Assembly (NCBI GenBank): GCA_963575745.1
Contig: CAUYUJ010000069.1
Coordinates: forward strand, 1 to 64,000
Reading direction: 5' to 3'
DNA from: Prorocentrum cordatum
Lineage: Eukaryota
DNA length: 64,000 nucleotides
Shown: positions 11,701 through 24,177 of the stretch, one piece after another
Position numbering within the stretch: the first letter of the stretch is position 1
Layout: the number at the start of each line of letters is the position of its first letter
Made by a program: the position numbers and the translations under genes
The notes under the pieces: generated by a model
Told to the model about the DNA's origin: nothing
The model's database searches: none
Seen by the model: only the letters and a program-made list of their open reading frames with translations

Positions 11701-13165
11701 GGCAAATGCACGCAATCCGCGCGATCGATGGGTCGTCGCCTGAGAGCCCAGCAGCGCAGAGCTGGATTGCGGAAGCTATGAACCAAGCCGTGGATGATGA
11801 ACAACTGAAAGAAGCAGGTTGCTTCCAGCGTCTTGACCTCATGGTCGCCACTAATCTGATTGAGAAATTCAACAAATCCGAAGGAATCGCAACCAGCCCA
11901 GTCATCACATAAACTTCCTCCAGCAGATCACTCGAATGGAGTGCAGCGCCCAGAATGAGGGCTCTTCACGGGACGCGAGATGGTACGAGCCATTTGCCAT
12001 TGGTGTTCTGTTAGGTCGGAGTTGGGCCAACATCGCATTTCGCGTGATATCGTCAAGGTTGTTATTGACCCCGACAAGCCGGACGCTGACCTGTACCATT
12101 TCTATAACGAATGGACATATGTATACCAACAGCTCTATGGCGCCCGACCTCCGTCTGAGAGCTTCGATTCATGCACACTTTATCGAGCAATGCAGAGAGC
12201 CCAACAAATTGAATTTCGTCTGCCAACTCTATGACCTGTCCAAGGGTAACATGGGACATGGCGCGAAGGCTTCCGAATGGCTGATGGAGCAGATCGAAGG
12301 AATGATGCTGCGTGATAAAGAAGAGCGGAACATCAGCGTGCATGAGAGTACCTTGAATCAACGTGCTCGGCAGGCCAGGTTGGGTGGAGGTGGAGGAAAT
12401 GACAGTCGAAGGAATGCCGGCGGCAAAGCCGCCCCGGCAGAAGTAGCAGCTAAACTTGGGAAACCCACCGACGTCATGAAAAGTGGATTGACTAAGGGCG
12501 AGACGACGTGTAGGCACGTGCGTAAGGGCGAAACCTGCCCGCATGCTGGAAAAGGTTGCCCTTTCAATCACAAGAAGCCCAAGACTGCCGCGCCGGCTCA
12601 GCCAGCTGCGGGAAATAAGTCTAATGCCGCTCCTGCCCAGGACAAGAACCCCAGAGGGAGATCCAAGGACCGAGGCCGACAGGGGCAGAGTCGATCGCAG
12701 ACCCCAATGGGTGGGCGTGGGAAGGGGGCGCAACAGAGGAACCGGAGTCAATCCACTCGATCGCGCGGGAAAGAGAGCACGATACCATGCCGCGCGTGGT
12801 CTCGAGATTCCAAGAACTGTCGCGGAGCAGCAGACGGTTGCAAGAAAGTCCACAGAGGGTTGACCGATGCTGAGAAGCTTAAACGCGACAAATGGGAATA
12901 AGCGAAACTTGACGCGGGACAATCTTTGGGATACGAGCGCACAGCCAAGCAAGCCAATGCCGCCGCTGCCAATGTCTCATCGTCTGGAGGTGACGGTGGC
13001 TCGAGAGCCTCCAGTAATAACTCCGACAAACGCCATAAGGACGGAGACAAGAACAAAGGCAAAGGCAAAGGCAAAGACATGATCTGTCGCTCCTTCAAGG
13101 AATCAGGTAAATGCTCGCGTGGCAAGGAGTGTTGGTTTGCTCAGACCACGACTGGTCATCCGTGA
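8795..13165 (+). pseudogene. gag: long gag-like region, copy 2, multiple frameshifts and stops
   Basis: Chain of ORFs 8681-9385, 9464-10372, 10338-11273, 11310-11564, 11622-11912, 11936-12901 and 12926-13165, homologous to copies 1 and 3. Confidence 0.7.
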
Positions 13166-13207
13166 CAATGGCTCCGCACTGGCGGCTCAGCGGCTGGTGC
13201 AGGAGGA

Positions 13208-16200
13208 ATGATTCACATTATTTTGTTAAGGGTGCTCTTTCTTGTCTTCCTTGCTCGACGGATGTGGCGAAGGCCGCGTCGGTCAAACCGAAGGCGGGGG
13301 GGCCAGAAAATACCCGCTGACCAAGTCAGCTTGGGCGCCACTGCGTGCCCCGCTCCGTTGTTTCGGGGCCTCCCAGTGCAGAAACAGACCAGCCCTAAAT
13401 TTCTGAAGGTCTTTACCGATACCGGCGGAGGAGACTGCAGGAATCCCTCCGGCGATGAGTTTCACCGCGAAGGCAGGGGACAGGTCGAGAGTCTCGTCGA
13501 TGTCCTTGCGAATTTCCTATACCGTCTTTCTCGGGACGCTATCAAGAAGTACTGGTGCGCCCCCCCTAGTAAGAGTTGCATCCGATATCGGAAGAACGAT
13601 AGATGCAATCTCCGCGTCCGATTTCACCCCTCTACTGAGGGGCCCACCCTCGCTCGGAGGAAGGCGCGTCGCCACGACTTGAAAGAGTGGCCTTCAAGTG
13701 GCAAAGATAGGTGGACATTCCCAGGAGAAATACGCAGGCAGATGTCTGCTCAATCGAGGGCGTCTGCTGCGGAGGCCCTGATCAGAGCGTCGGACCTGCA
13801 GGATGAAGTCTGGCATCTCTGGTTGAGAACCGAGGAGGGGGAAGAAGGCCCACACGGCTCAGCCGCTGCTGGATGCACAGACAAAGACGCTGCGTATCTG
13901 GGCGCGCTGAGCTTCATAATAGGTAATGGGTGTGGGTATAACCTCATAGCGGAGAGATATAAGAAGTGCAGGTGCAATGCGATTGATTCGAAAGCTTCCG
14001 CAATCGATCACTCTGAATACTGCTGGGGGAGAATCAAAGGCCCTCGGTTCAGTTCGCATCGCATTATGCTTTAGTCATGCCAGAAACTCCGTGCGTGATT
14101 TCGGTAGGAGAGCGGTGCATGGACCACGGCTTTAGCTTCTTCTGGCCAGCAGGCCAAAGACCCTACCTGTTGTTGCCCAAGGGTCAAAGAGTGGACCTGG
14201 CCGTTGAGGGCAAGATACCATACTTCACCCTATCAGGCAAAGAGGCGTTGGGTCAGTGGATGTGCGCGGTTGCCGCCGGAGGGGGTGAACTTCCTGAGCG
14301 GTGGTGTTGCGTGGCGCCGGGCGCCTAGGCATTCCTGGGCAATGTGGAATCGGCGGGAGGCCCTCCGCCCCACGCTGTCCAGACTCGCGTGACCATAGAC
14401 CTGCATACACATGAGTTGATTGGTGCCCACAGCTACGCTGATGGACGGCCGACTGAGATCGCGCCTGTCTTCCGTCATCGATAGACTCTGCGGATGCCAT
14501 CACCTACTTGTACTATTCGCCTCAAAAGGCTAGTGAAAGCGGTTGGAATCGGACGCCGGCCGGCATCGTTGCCCTCAAAATTTTCGCAACTTTGCCCTGT
14601 CACGGTCAAGCCGTCGGTCAGTACGACGAGCAGCCCGGCAAAGCCGAGGCCGGCGCCGCCGCATACAGAAGCCCTCGCAGGTACGGGGTCTCAGGATATC
14701 TTCCCCATGAGATGAATCGAGGACTGGAATCCAGTGCGTGCGACGCGGCCCCAGGGCCCGAGGAGGGTGAAGTTGGAGACGCTGACGGCGTCGACTTAGT
14801 CGACGTCGACGCACCGCCAGACTTAGACCCAGACGATGCGGAGGTTGAGGTGTCGGAGACCCTTGCCGAGCAGCTTAAAAAGGCCGCAGCCTCCCTGCCG
14901 CACCTTCTAACTCATACTCCCAAGAACCCATCTTGTCCAGTATGCAATTGGGCCAAAGCTATCAGAAAGCAACAGCGCAAGGCGCAAAACAAAAGGCTAA
15001 AGGTTCCCCGCCCATGCGCTAACCCCACTTCGTTTGGACACCTGACGACGATGGATCATTGGTTTGCATTGGATGAACTCTCGCGGGGGCTCCACGATGA
15101 GACCGCGTGCGTGACTATTCGCGATCGAGCAACGGATTGTCTTGCCGCTCAGTGTGCGCACGACAAGTCTGCGGTTCACGTTTGCAACTTTTTGGTAAAC
15201 CTGAAAGCCCCGGAGGAGAAGTTATAATATTGTTATACAGATGGTGCAAGAGAGCTTGCGAGGGCATGTTACGTAATCAATATTGCCCATGAGCCTACCA
15301 TCCCAGGAAATAAGAAACAGAACGCCGTTGCTGAGCGTGCAAATCGTGTGGTACAGATGGGGGCTAGAGCCTTACTCATGCAGGCCGGTCCTCCACCGCC
15401 ATATTGGACCTACGCAGTCCGATACTTCTGTCTATGCTATAACACTAGGACCCCAGCGGTGGGACAATCAAGTTGGGAGCGACGCTTTGGATGTAGATTC
15501 GAGGCTCCGCTCCTTCCCTTTGGGTCTCTTGTGCGCTATGTGCCCCCACCTGAGTCCAGGTTTCGGCCCGCCAAGACTGGCGCAACAATGATTCCGGGGA
15601 TCTACTTGGGGTATGTGCACAAAGCGGGGGGATTGGTTGGACCAGACAGCTATGTTGTGCCGTTGAGACAACTGGACGGTCTGAACATGGAGTCAGGGCG
15701 TACCCTAGAGGGTAAACGACCCACTATTGAGAAGTCCGACCAGGTGTACAGCAACATTTTAGATGGCTTTGCTGATGACCAATCGCCCCACTTCCCTTTG
15801 AGAAAAGCGTACGACAAAGCGGTGACCGAAGTACGTTCCGTCACAATCCCTCCAGCAGGAGAAGCTGCGGCCGTCCCAGACGGACCACAACCAGCAACAG
15901 GGATACGACCGGACAACTTATTTGGCGCCGACGATCCTGCTGTTGTCATGTCACCGCCTTCCCAAGGAGGCGAGGACTCTCCACACTTCGACTCAGAGGC
16001 CGAATTAGAAGACGACGGCCCCGGGGGATTGCGCGTGGATGACGAGCCTATGGTAGTTGACGGCAGAGATCCACAGCGCGATTCCCATCCAGCAGCTCAG
16101 AACCAAAAACTGGGACTCGCACAACTTGAATACTGTTTGGGCAGGCAGTCAACTTCTCAGCGGCTAAGCCGCGCGAGAAGGTTCCCGGGAAAGGACAACT

Positions 16201-17489
16201 ACTTGCTCGAACAACTCAAAACCTGGACACGATGGAATACTTGGACAGACGAAATGTTGCTGGACTGACAAAAGAAGAGTTGACGCAGACGCCCCCGTTG
16301 ACAGGTCGCCGAAAGACATGTAGCATTCGAGTTGTTCTTTACTATGATCCCGATTACGCGCCTATAACTCGCGTGTCGGTCACTGACCGAGACCCGAAAT
16401 ACAGTGCACAATGGCTGGAAAAGCTACCTGAATCCACCAGTGCTGGGATCCATCCTGGACGATGGTTCAGCATGAATCAAGCACAACGCCGACAGGCCGT
16501 GGAACAATACAAGGCAGAAAAGAGATGATTTTTCAGTATAGAAGATCCTGGCCCTTGTCTTAGTCTTCTGCGCGATATGGGCCTGGACGTGGATGATCCG
16601 CCGACTCCGCCCGAACCCGCAGAGGCTCATCCACTTGCGGCTCTTCCTGAAGCCAGGCTAGCAGCACCGCAGGTGGCTGAGCGGCTCCGTCGTTCGAGGG
16701 AGGGCAGCCTGTGCTACACCCCTTGCAGCGGACGTGGGGCGGCGTCGCGGCTCGCACAGGGCGGCCAAGCCGCAGCTGCGGCTGCTGAATTATCGGGGGA
16801 AGGTGATTCCGACGAACATCTTGCGGATGATGAGGACGTTTGGTGGAAGCAGACATGGTGCGGAGGCACAATTGCACGAGACGGAATTCCCTCCGGCTTT
16901 GCACGAGACGGAATTCCCCCCGGCTCAGCCGGTAGGGGCACGCTGTCCGATGACGACGAGACTGAGGACATTCATGAGGAAATCCTGACCTTGAGTCCGG
17001 CGGCCGCCGCGTCGAGGAGAAGCATGCCTCGAATGCCGTTGCAGGATGGCTCGGCTTCAGTTTTCAGTCATCGTGTAAAAGATTTGATTTGCAATATTTT
17101 ACAGCCCTTTTACTGACCTTATCTCAGTCATCGACGAACCCTTCCAACTTCCCAACGACTGGCAACATACTTACATTGATGCCGCTGTCGCCAGATCCGT
17201 TTCAAAGGACGAGGCCAAAGCGAACAAAGACGCCCAAGCTGCCTTGAGAAAAGAATGGGATAGATTGCGTGACATTGGCACATGGAAAGAGGATGGTGTC
17301 AGAGAGTGCTCTGACGTTGTCGCCGAACCCAAGGGACAGACGGCCCACTGCGGCCGGCTGTTTGCGATCCGCGTTGAAAAGAACTCAGAGTTACCGTTGG
17401 GACACGCAGTTCGCAAGTACAAAGGTCGGGTAGTTTTTGATGGTTCGAGCGTGAGAGATCAGAATAAGGATGTTGCATTGTTTCGATAA
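13208..17489 (+). pseudogene. pol: pol (PR-IN-partial RT), copy 2, disrupted
   Basis: Protease site mutated to FIIGNG. HLLTHTPKNPSCPVC present. Stops at 14326 and 15225. RT fragment at 17244-17489. Confidence 0.85.
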
Positions 17490-18310
17490 TGCTGTATTCA
17501 GCGTTGCAAAGGCGGTTGTCTCTCATCGAGCGATTTGGTCAATCATCGGGCAAACTTCTGGTTATCAGCCGAAAGTCTCTCCATGAGCTCGTCTTCGGCG
17601 GTGCGGCATTTTTCCCATCAGCCAGGGTAGTAGCAGCGGTCGCTTTACCAAAGAATGGGCTTCGCACGTGCGCTCTGATTGTGGCGCCCGAGAACCGGGA
17701 TGCGAAGTCGGCGTCGCCGTCATGTGCTCCAGTCAGCGCTCTGGTCACGGGGGCGGGGGGCCGGACATTCAAGGAAAAAGGGGGCACCTGCGGCCAAGCC
17801 GCCAGGTGCCGACGATGTCGCGACAGAGGGGGCAGTCGTTTCCTCCCTTCTGTGAAGGCCAGATAGTCAGGGTTGAGTAGCCTGGCTCGACATCTTCTGG
17901 CAAATACAGCTATCGTGCTTGAAGCCAGACACAGTGTCAAGAGGAAGCCCACAGAGCGCTTTGCACGCGGTGTTTTCCCTACGTCGGAAACAAAGGTGTC
18001 GTTCGTGTCAACGTCGGCCTGCCCCGCGTCACGACGGAACGGACCGCGGGCGCCTGCAGCCTTTCAGGCAGGCGCGCCCCCGGGCAAGAGACACCCCATC
18101 ATAATGGGTGCACTCGGCCCGTGGGGGTGGGCACATAATTCAAAGATGCTTGTGCCCTTGTTGCAGTGTTTCGACAAGTTGCATTCGCTGTCACAGTGCG
18201 CAGTCGTCGGGCCTCTTCGGCCCGTAGCCCCCTGGTGGCCACCGTTGAGCGGTAGAAGTTTTTGCGGTTCGTTCCGGTGGTTCCAACCCCCCAAATCTTT
18301 GCGAAGTCGC

Positions 18311-19030
18311 CAGGCCGATGTTGCTGGAGGGCCAGGAATCCCTGGGATCCTTGGGATCCCTGAGCCTGCACAGGGATGGTGACGTCGCATCCCTGGAATC
18401 CCTGGGATCCCTGAGCCTGCTCAGGGATCGTGACTTGGCATCCCTGGAATCCCTGGGATCCCTGAGACATCATATGGTTTGCTGACCACCGACGTCGCGA
18501 TCCCTGAGCAGGCTCAGGGACCCCAGGGATTCTGAGCGCGGGATCGCTGGTGGATCCCCAGGTCGGTTTTGCTGGAGGATTAGGAATCCCTGGGATCCCT
18601 GGGATCCCTGAGCCTGCACAGGGATCGTGACTTCGCATCCCTGGAATCCCTGGGGTCCCTGAGCCTGCTCAGGGATCGTGACTTGCCATCCTTGGAATCC
18701 CTGGGATCCCTGAGAAATCATATGGTTTGCTGACAACCGACGTCGCGATCCCTGAGCAGGCTCAGGGATCCCAGGGATTCTGAGCGCGGGATCGCTGGTG
18801 GATCCCCAGGTCGGTTTTGCTGGAGGGTTAGGAATCCCTGGGATCCCTGGGATCCCTGAGCCTGCACAGGGATCGTGACTTCGCATCCCTGGAATCCCTG
18901 GGGTCCCTGAGCCTGCTCAGGGATCGTGACTTCGCATCCCTGGAATCCCTGGGATCCCTGAGCCTGCACAGCGATCGTCACTTAGCATCCCTGTGCATCC
19001 CTGGAATGCCTGAGAAATCATATGGTTCGC
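18311..19030. repeat. 47/248-bp higher-order repeat, copy 2
   Basis: Same subunits as 7391-8110. Confidence 0.9.
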
Positions 19031-19335
19031 TTATCGTTCTTGTTAGCGCTGCCGCTGATATCTTATACCTGTTCTCCCAAAGGCGGGGGAAGCGGACGCT
19101 TGCATCTTCTGAGGTTGAGGAGGAGGAGGAGGAGGAGGAGGAGGAGGAGGAGGAGGATGGACGAGGTGAAAGAGGGGAAGGAGATGCAGGATCAAGTGGT
19201 TGGCTCTCCAGATGACGTTCATTATTCGATGCCGCCGTCTCAGGGCGAGAACCGAATCTGGCAGTAAAGAAAATGCGAGTGCGATCAGCGCGAACCGCGA
19301 TGAAAATCAGTGGGTGCTGGGTGGGGGGGGGGGCT

Positions 19336-19366
<31 letters not shown>

Positions 19367-19418
19367 GGCCAGGGGTGCTGTGGCCGGATGGGCTCTACGA
19401 GGCCCGCCGCGGGGGGAG

Positions 19419-19758
19419 TGAATCAGTTCCTCTCCGCCTCATATTAATATTGCTTGTTGTATCACTTGCATTGCTGCGCACTGTCAGATTATGATTGCGG
19501 TGGTTATCCGCAGCTGTATGTTTGCTTACAGGAGATAAAAGGTGCGAGCTGGTCCGCTCGCGCGCGCCGCGGGGTCGCCCCCGCGTCGTCGTCGTGTCGT
19601 CGGCCGGCCGGCCACCTCACTTACCATTCCTCATAGAGTAATTTTGCTTACCGGTTACTTGTCTTATCGATGTCTCATCCCGTACCCTCTCCCGCCGAGC
19701 AGATTGAACATGAGATCTTAGTTCCTTTGTCATATTACCCCGATTCTCAGAGGAAAGA
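19419..19758 (+). repeat. LTR shared between copies 2 and 3
   Basis: PPT-TGAATC...GAAAGA-TT-PBS. Confidence 0.8.
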
Positions 19759-19783
19759 TTGGTTATCAGCCGAAAGCCGCGAC

Positions 19784-22700
19784 ATAGTCGAAGAGGGCCC
19801 ATATCAGCCAGAAACATGGACTTCTGATGAACCACGCGACTCAGTCGCTGCGGGTATGAGCTATGATTGGACAGATGAAATTTCCATCACTTCGCGAAGC
19901 GCAGAGCATTATGTGGTACAACATGACGGACATGATCCACAGGAGAGCGGCCCTGGTCAAGGCCGCTTTCCTTCTTCTAATACCGCCACTCGGGTCTCTA
20001 GGGGTAGAAGCACTGAAGAGGCTGTTGAGACGTCGGAAGATGGCTCTCCCTCTAGAGCTCCGATCGGTAATCGTGAACAAACCCCAGACCCGCATGGACG
20101 GAATGGCACAACAGCGAGATCTAGACGAGGAGCATTCTCGTCTTTGATTGCCGAATCGACGGAGTCAATCAGTCCCATTCCGATTGCTACACATACATTC
20201 GTACCGGCCGCTGGTGAAGCCAGTCGATCGGGGGAAGCCCACGAGTCCACAGGCGTGTACCCCAACGTCCCAGGCGGATGGGAAGGCACGAGTGGACATG
20301 TTCCCATCCCAATAGCATTGAATGGACAATTGGGCCAGGATAGTGATGATCGAACTGATAGAGAGCATGAATGAAATAAACTCAATGGAGGAAGTTTTTG
20401 ATTATGCCAACAAAGGAGTGTCCCTGAGCCGAGAATTGTCCTCATTAATGGAAGCAGACCACCCCGCCCAAGGCGAGAGGTGGTCCCCAGATGGATCAGA
20501 TGAAGATACAAGTGACCTGACGCCTCAGGCGGACAAGGCTGAGACTCAGGCGAAGCATGATAGGGAGTCTACAGGACGGACTCCTGCACCTCAATTCAAG
20601 AAGCAGAGACACGAGGATTACGATTTGAACGACTCACGGCTCAAAGAAGGTTTCTATCGTCCCGTCGTCGCCTCAGGCGATTGGCAACCCTCGGTGCCGG
20701 CCGTGGTTGAGGACGAAGAAATGGTTGGACAACCAGCTTCGTGCACTGAGCTTATAAGACTGGACGAAAGGGATGAGGAGCTTCGAGAGGTACCTAAACC
20801 CCGAGAAAGTACGTTTGCGCGTCCTCGATCGAACGCCTCTAGTAGCGGAAGACCCAAAATGCCAAGATCAGGAGCGAGATCTACTTCAAGGAGCAACAGC
20901 AATATCTCCATGATGGACACATGCTGGAACTGGAATTCTGACCGCGCGCATCAGGCGGAGAGCAGATGCCCGGGTAAAGCCAACAAGCCAGAAGGTGCAC
21001 GTAGGCATCAAGTATGCAAGAGTTGCTCTGAGGCATGCCCGAAGTGTAGCACCCAATGGCTGCGTGAAGATTGCTTCCATATGGGCGAGCATAACTGCAC
21101 ATATCTTCTTATACAAAGAATTCAGGATCAGGCTAGACTCGCCGAAGCCAAGACTCAGCAGGAGTTCCTGGCAATCGAAGCGCAGTTGGCCGAAAGGGCC
21201 CGACTGGATCGAGAGGAAGTGATTGCAACCATGGAAGAAGTTCTGAAGACGCTCGAGGCTGAAAGGCTTGCTCTAGCCAAGGCTGCCAGAGAGCGAGAAC
21301 AAGAACAGGTGGAACAGGTGCACCATCAGACCGCGGCCGCTAAGCGGCAGGCGGAGAGAGAAGCCGAGAATAGATATATCGAGATGCTGGCTTCAGAACG
21401 ACAGGACGCTGTGGCGGCGACTAATCAGTCTGTTGATGCCAAAACGGTCACCGCTGCTGTTGCGGCGGCTAGAGTAGAAGGGGAACATATCGCTACAGCC
21501 AGGGCGGAACGAGAGAAACAGGAGTTTCAAGAAAAGCTTAAAAACGCCAGGCTGGAAGCGGTTAACACCCAAGTTGTAGCTGCGAGAGTAGCTGACCAGA
21601 ACAATCAATATCGAGAGGAACTCAAGTCACATGAGAATGCCAGTTCATCCCTGCAGCGCATGCAAGTGAGCAATGATAAATGCCCGCCGGCTAAGCCAGC
21701 TGGGGCGGACAGGCGACCGTCACCGACGGCTCAGTCGTCTGGTACAACGTCCGTTCCGCCCCAGCCTGACTTGACAACCATAGTGAACGCGGGGTCGTCA
21801 ACTTTGCAGGTGAGTGCTGCACCGCAGCCTCAACCCGCGAAAAGGGGAGAAACCAACACAGCGAGTTTCACAGTGTCTCAGTTTTGCCCAGCGTGCTCCA
21901 ACCCGAAGACGGGTGATTGCGCTGGTTGTGGTTTGCCGGCTTGCCAAGATCAATTCGATGCGAACACTAAAAGATGCTCCAAATGTATTCTACAGAGGAG
22001 CGAAAGGTCAGCTGCCAACATTCGAGAAGAAGAGGCCATGGTGAATGCAGCCGAGTCAGGGAAAATAGTGATGAAGGTGAAAGCTATTATCACGAATCCA
22101 TTCCCGCACGCTGCGAGTGGACAAAGAAATAGTGCCCACCTCGAGTTCGTTCGATTTGCCGCTACTTTCACAAGAAATTCCTGTGAGGTCCTTGACGCGT
22201 CACAACTTTACCGTTCCCGGTCCAGCTCTCGAAGGTCCGGCTAAGCCAAGCACCCCTGAGAATGGATTACCAATCAACATGAAATTGGCAGGATCCAGCG
22301 ATGATGACCGTTTTGTCAACTATCATCCATTTTCCAGGGATGGACCTGCGAGGCCGCCGGCGGCTAAGCCGTCTGGCGGGGCAGGGCAGGACAAAGAAGG
22401 GGATGTCAAGAGTGACGCGCCGAGCACTGAGATTATGTCGACGCGCGACGAAGACAACGCTAAACGACCAGCTAAATCGCCTCCTGGGAGTCCGGGGGGA
22501 TCGGGGCCCTCAGATGGCGGAGGCGGCCGTTGAGGACCTCAGGGCCCTGGCGGGCCGCATGGCCCAGGATATATTGATGAAAGTACGCCGTTGGACCAGT
22601 GGAGACAGGTTGGAAACAATCAGAAGATTGACTTGTTGGACATCCCCGATGTTACAAACATACGGGAGTGGCAAATGCCTGCAATCCGCGCGATCGATGG

Positions 22701-24135
22701 GTCGTCGCCTGAGAGCCCAGCAGCGCAGAGCTGGATTGCGGAAGCTATGAACCCTGCTGTGGATGATGAACAACTGAAAGAAGCAGGTCGCTTCCAGCGT
22801 CTTGACCTCATGGTCGCCACTAATCTGATTGAGAAATTCAACAAAATCCGAAGGAATCGCAAACAGCCCAGTCATCACATAAACTTCCTCCAGCAGATCA
22901 CTCGAATGGAGTGCAGCGCCCAGAATGAGGGCTCTTAACGGGACGCGAGATGGTACGAGCCATTTGCCATTGGTGTTCTGTTAGGTCGGAGTTGGGCCAG
23001 CATCGCGTGTCGCGTGATATCTTCAAGGTTGTTATTGACCCCAACAAGCCGGACGCTGACCTGCACCATTTCCATAACGAATGGACAGATGTATACCAAC
23101 AGCTCTATGGCGCCCGACCTCCGTCTGAGAGCTTCGATTCATGCACGCTTTATCGAGCAATGCAGAGAGCCCAACAAATTGAATTTCGTCTGCCAACTCT
23201 ATCACCTGTCCAAGGATAAAATGTGACATGGCGCGAAGACTTCCGAATGGCTGATGGGGCAGATCGAAGGAATGATGCTGCGTGATAAAGAAGAGCGGAA
23301 CATCAGCGTGCATGAGAGTACCTTGAATCAACGTGCTCGGCAGGCCAGGTTGGGTGGAGGTGGAGGAAATGACAGTCGAAGGAATGCCGGCGGCAATGCC
23401 GCCCCGGCAGAAGTAGCAGCTAAACTTGGGAAGCCCACCGATGTCATGAAAAGTGGATTGACTAAGGGCGAGACGACGTGTAGGCACGTGCGTAAGGGCG
23501 AAACCTGCCCGCATGCTGGAAAAGGTTGCCCTTTCAATCACAAGAAGCCCAAGACTGCCGCGCCGGCTCAGCCAGCTGCGGGAAATAAGTCTAATGCCGC
23601 TCCTGCCCAGGACAAGAACCCCAGAGGGAGATCCAAGGACCGAGGCCGAAAGGGGCAGAGTCGATCGCAGACCCCAATGGGTGGGCGTGGGAAGGGGGCG
23701 CAACAGAGGAACCGGAGTCAATCCAATCGATCGCGCGGGAAAGAGAGCACGATACCACGCCGCGCGTGGTCTCGAGATTCCAAGAACTGTCGCGGAGCAG
23801 CAGACGGTTGCAAGAAAGTCCACAGAGGGTTGACCGATGCTGAGAAGCTTAAACGCGACAAATGGGAATAAGCGAAACTTGACGCGGGACAATCTTTGGG
23901 ATACGAGCGCACAGCCAAGCAAGCCAATGCCGCCGCTGCCAATGTCTCATCGTCTGGAGGTTACGGTGGCTCGAGAGCCTCCAGTAATAACTCCGACAAG
24001 CGCAAAAAGGACGGAGACAAGAACAAGGGCAAAGGCAAAGGCAAAGACATGATCTGTCGCTCCTTCAAGGAAACAGGTAAATGCTCGCGTGGCAAGGAGT
24101 GTTGGTTTGCTCAGTCCACGACTGGTCATCCGTGA
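19784..24135 (+). pseudogene. gag: long gag-like region, copy 3 (includes 640-aa ORF 20322-22244 with Cys clusters and coiled coil)
   Basis: CKSCSEACPKC..C.H..HNC and FCPAC..CAGCGLPAC..CSKC clusters, E/A/R-rich coiled coil, then core and CCCH fingers in broken frames. Confidence 0.7.
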
Positions 24136-24177
24136 CAATGGCTCCGCACTGGCGGCTCAGCGGCTGGTGCAGGAGGA

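Larger units (their letters stand above)
8430..19758 (+). mobile_element. Ty1/copia-like element, tandem copy 2 (LTR to LTR)
   Basis: LTR-PBS-gag-PR-IN-RT fragment-cassette-PPT-LTR; LTR start-to-start period 10989 bp. Confidence 0.9.
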
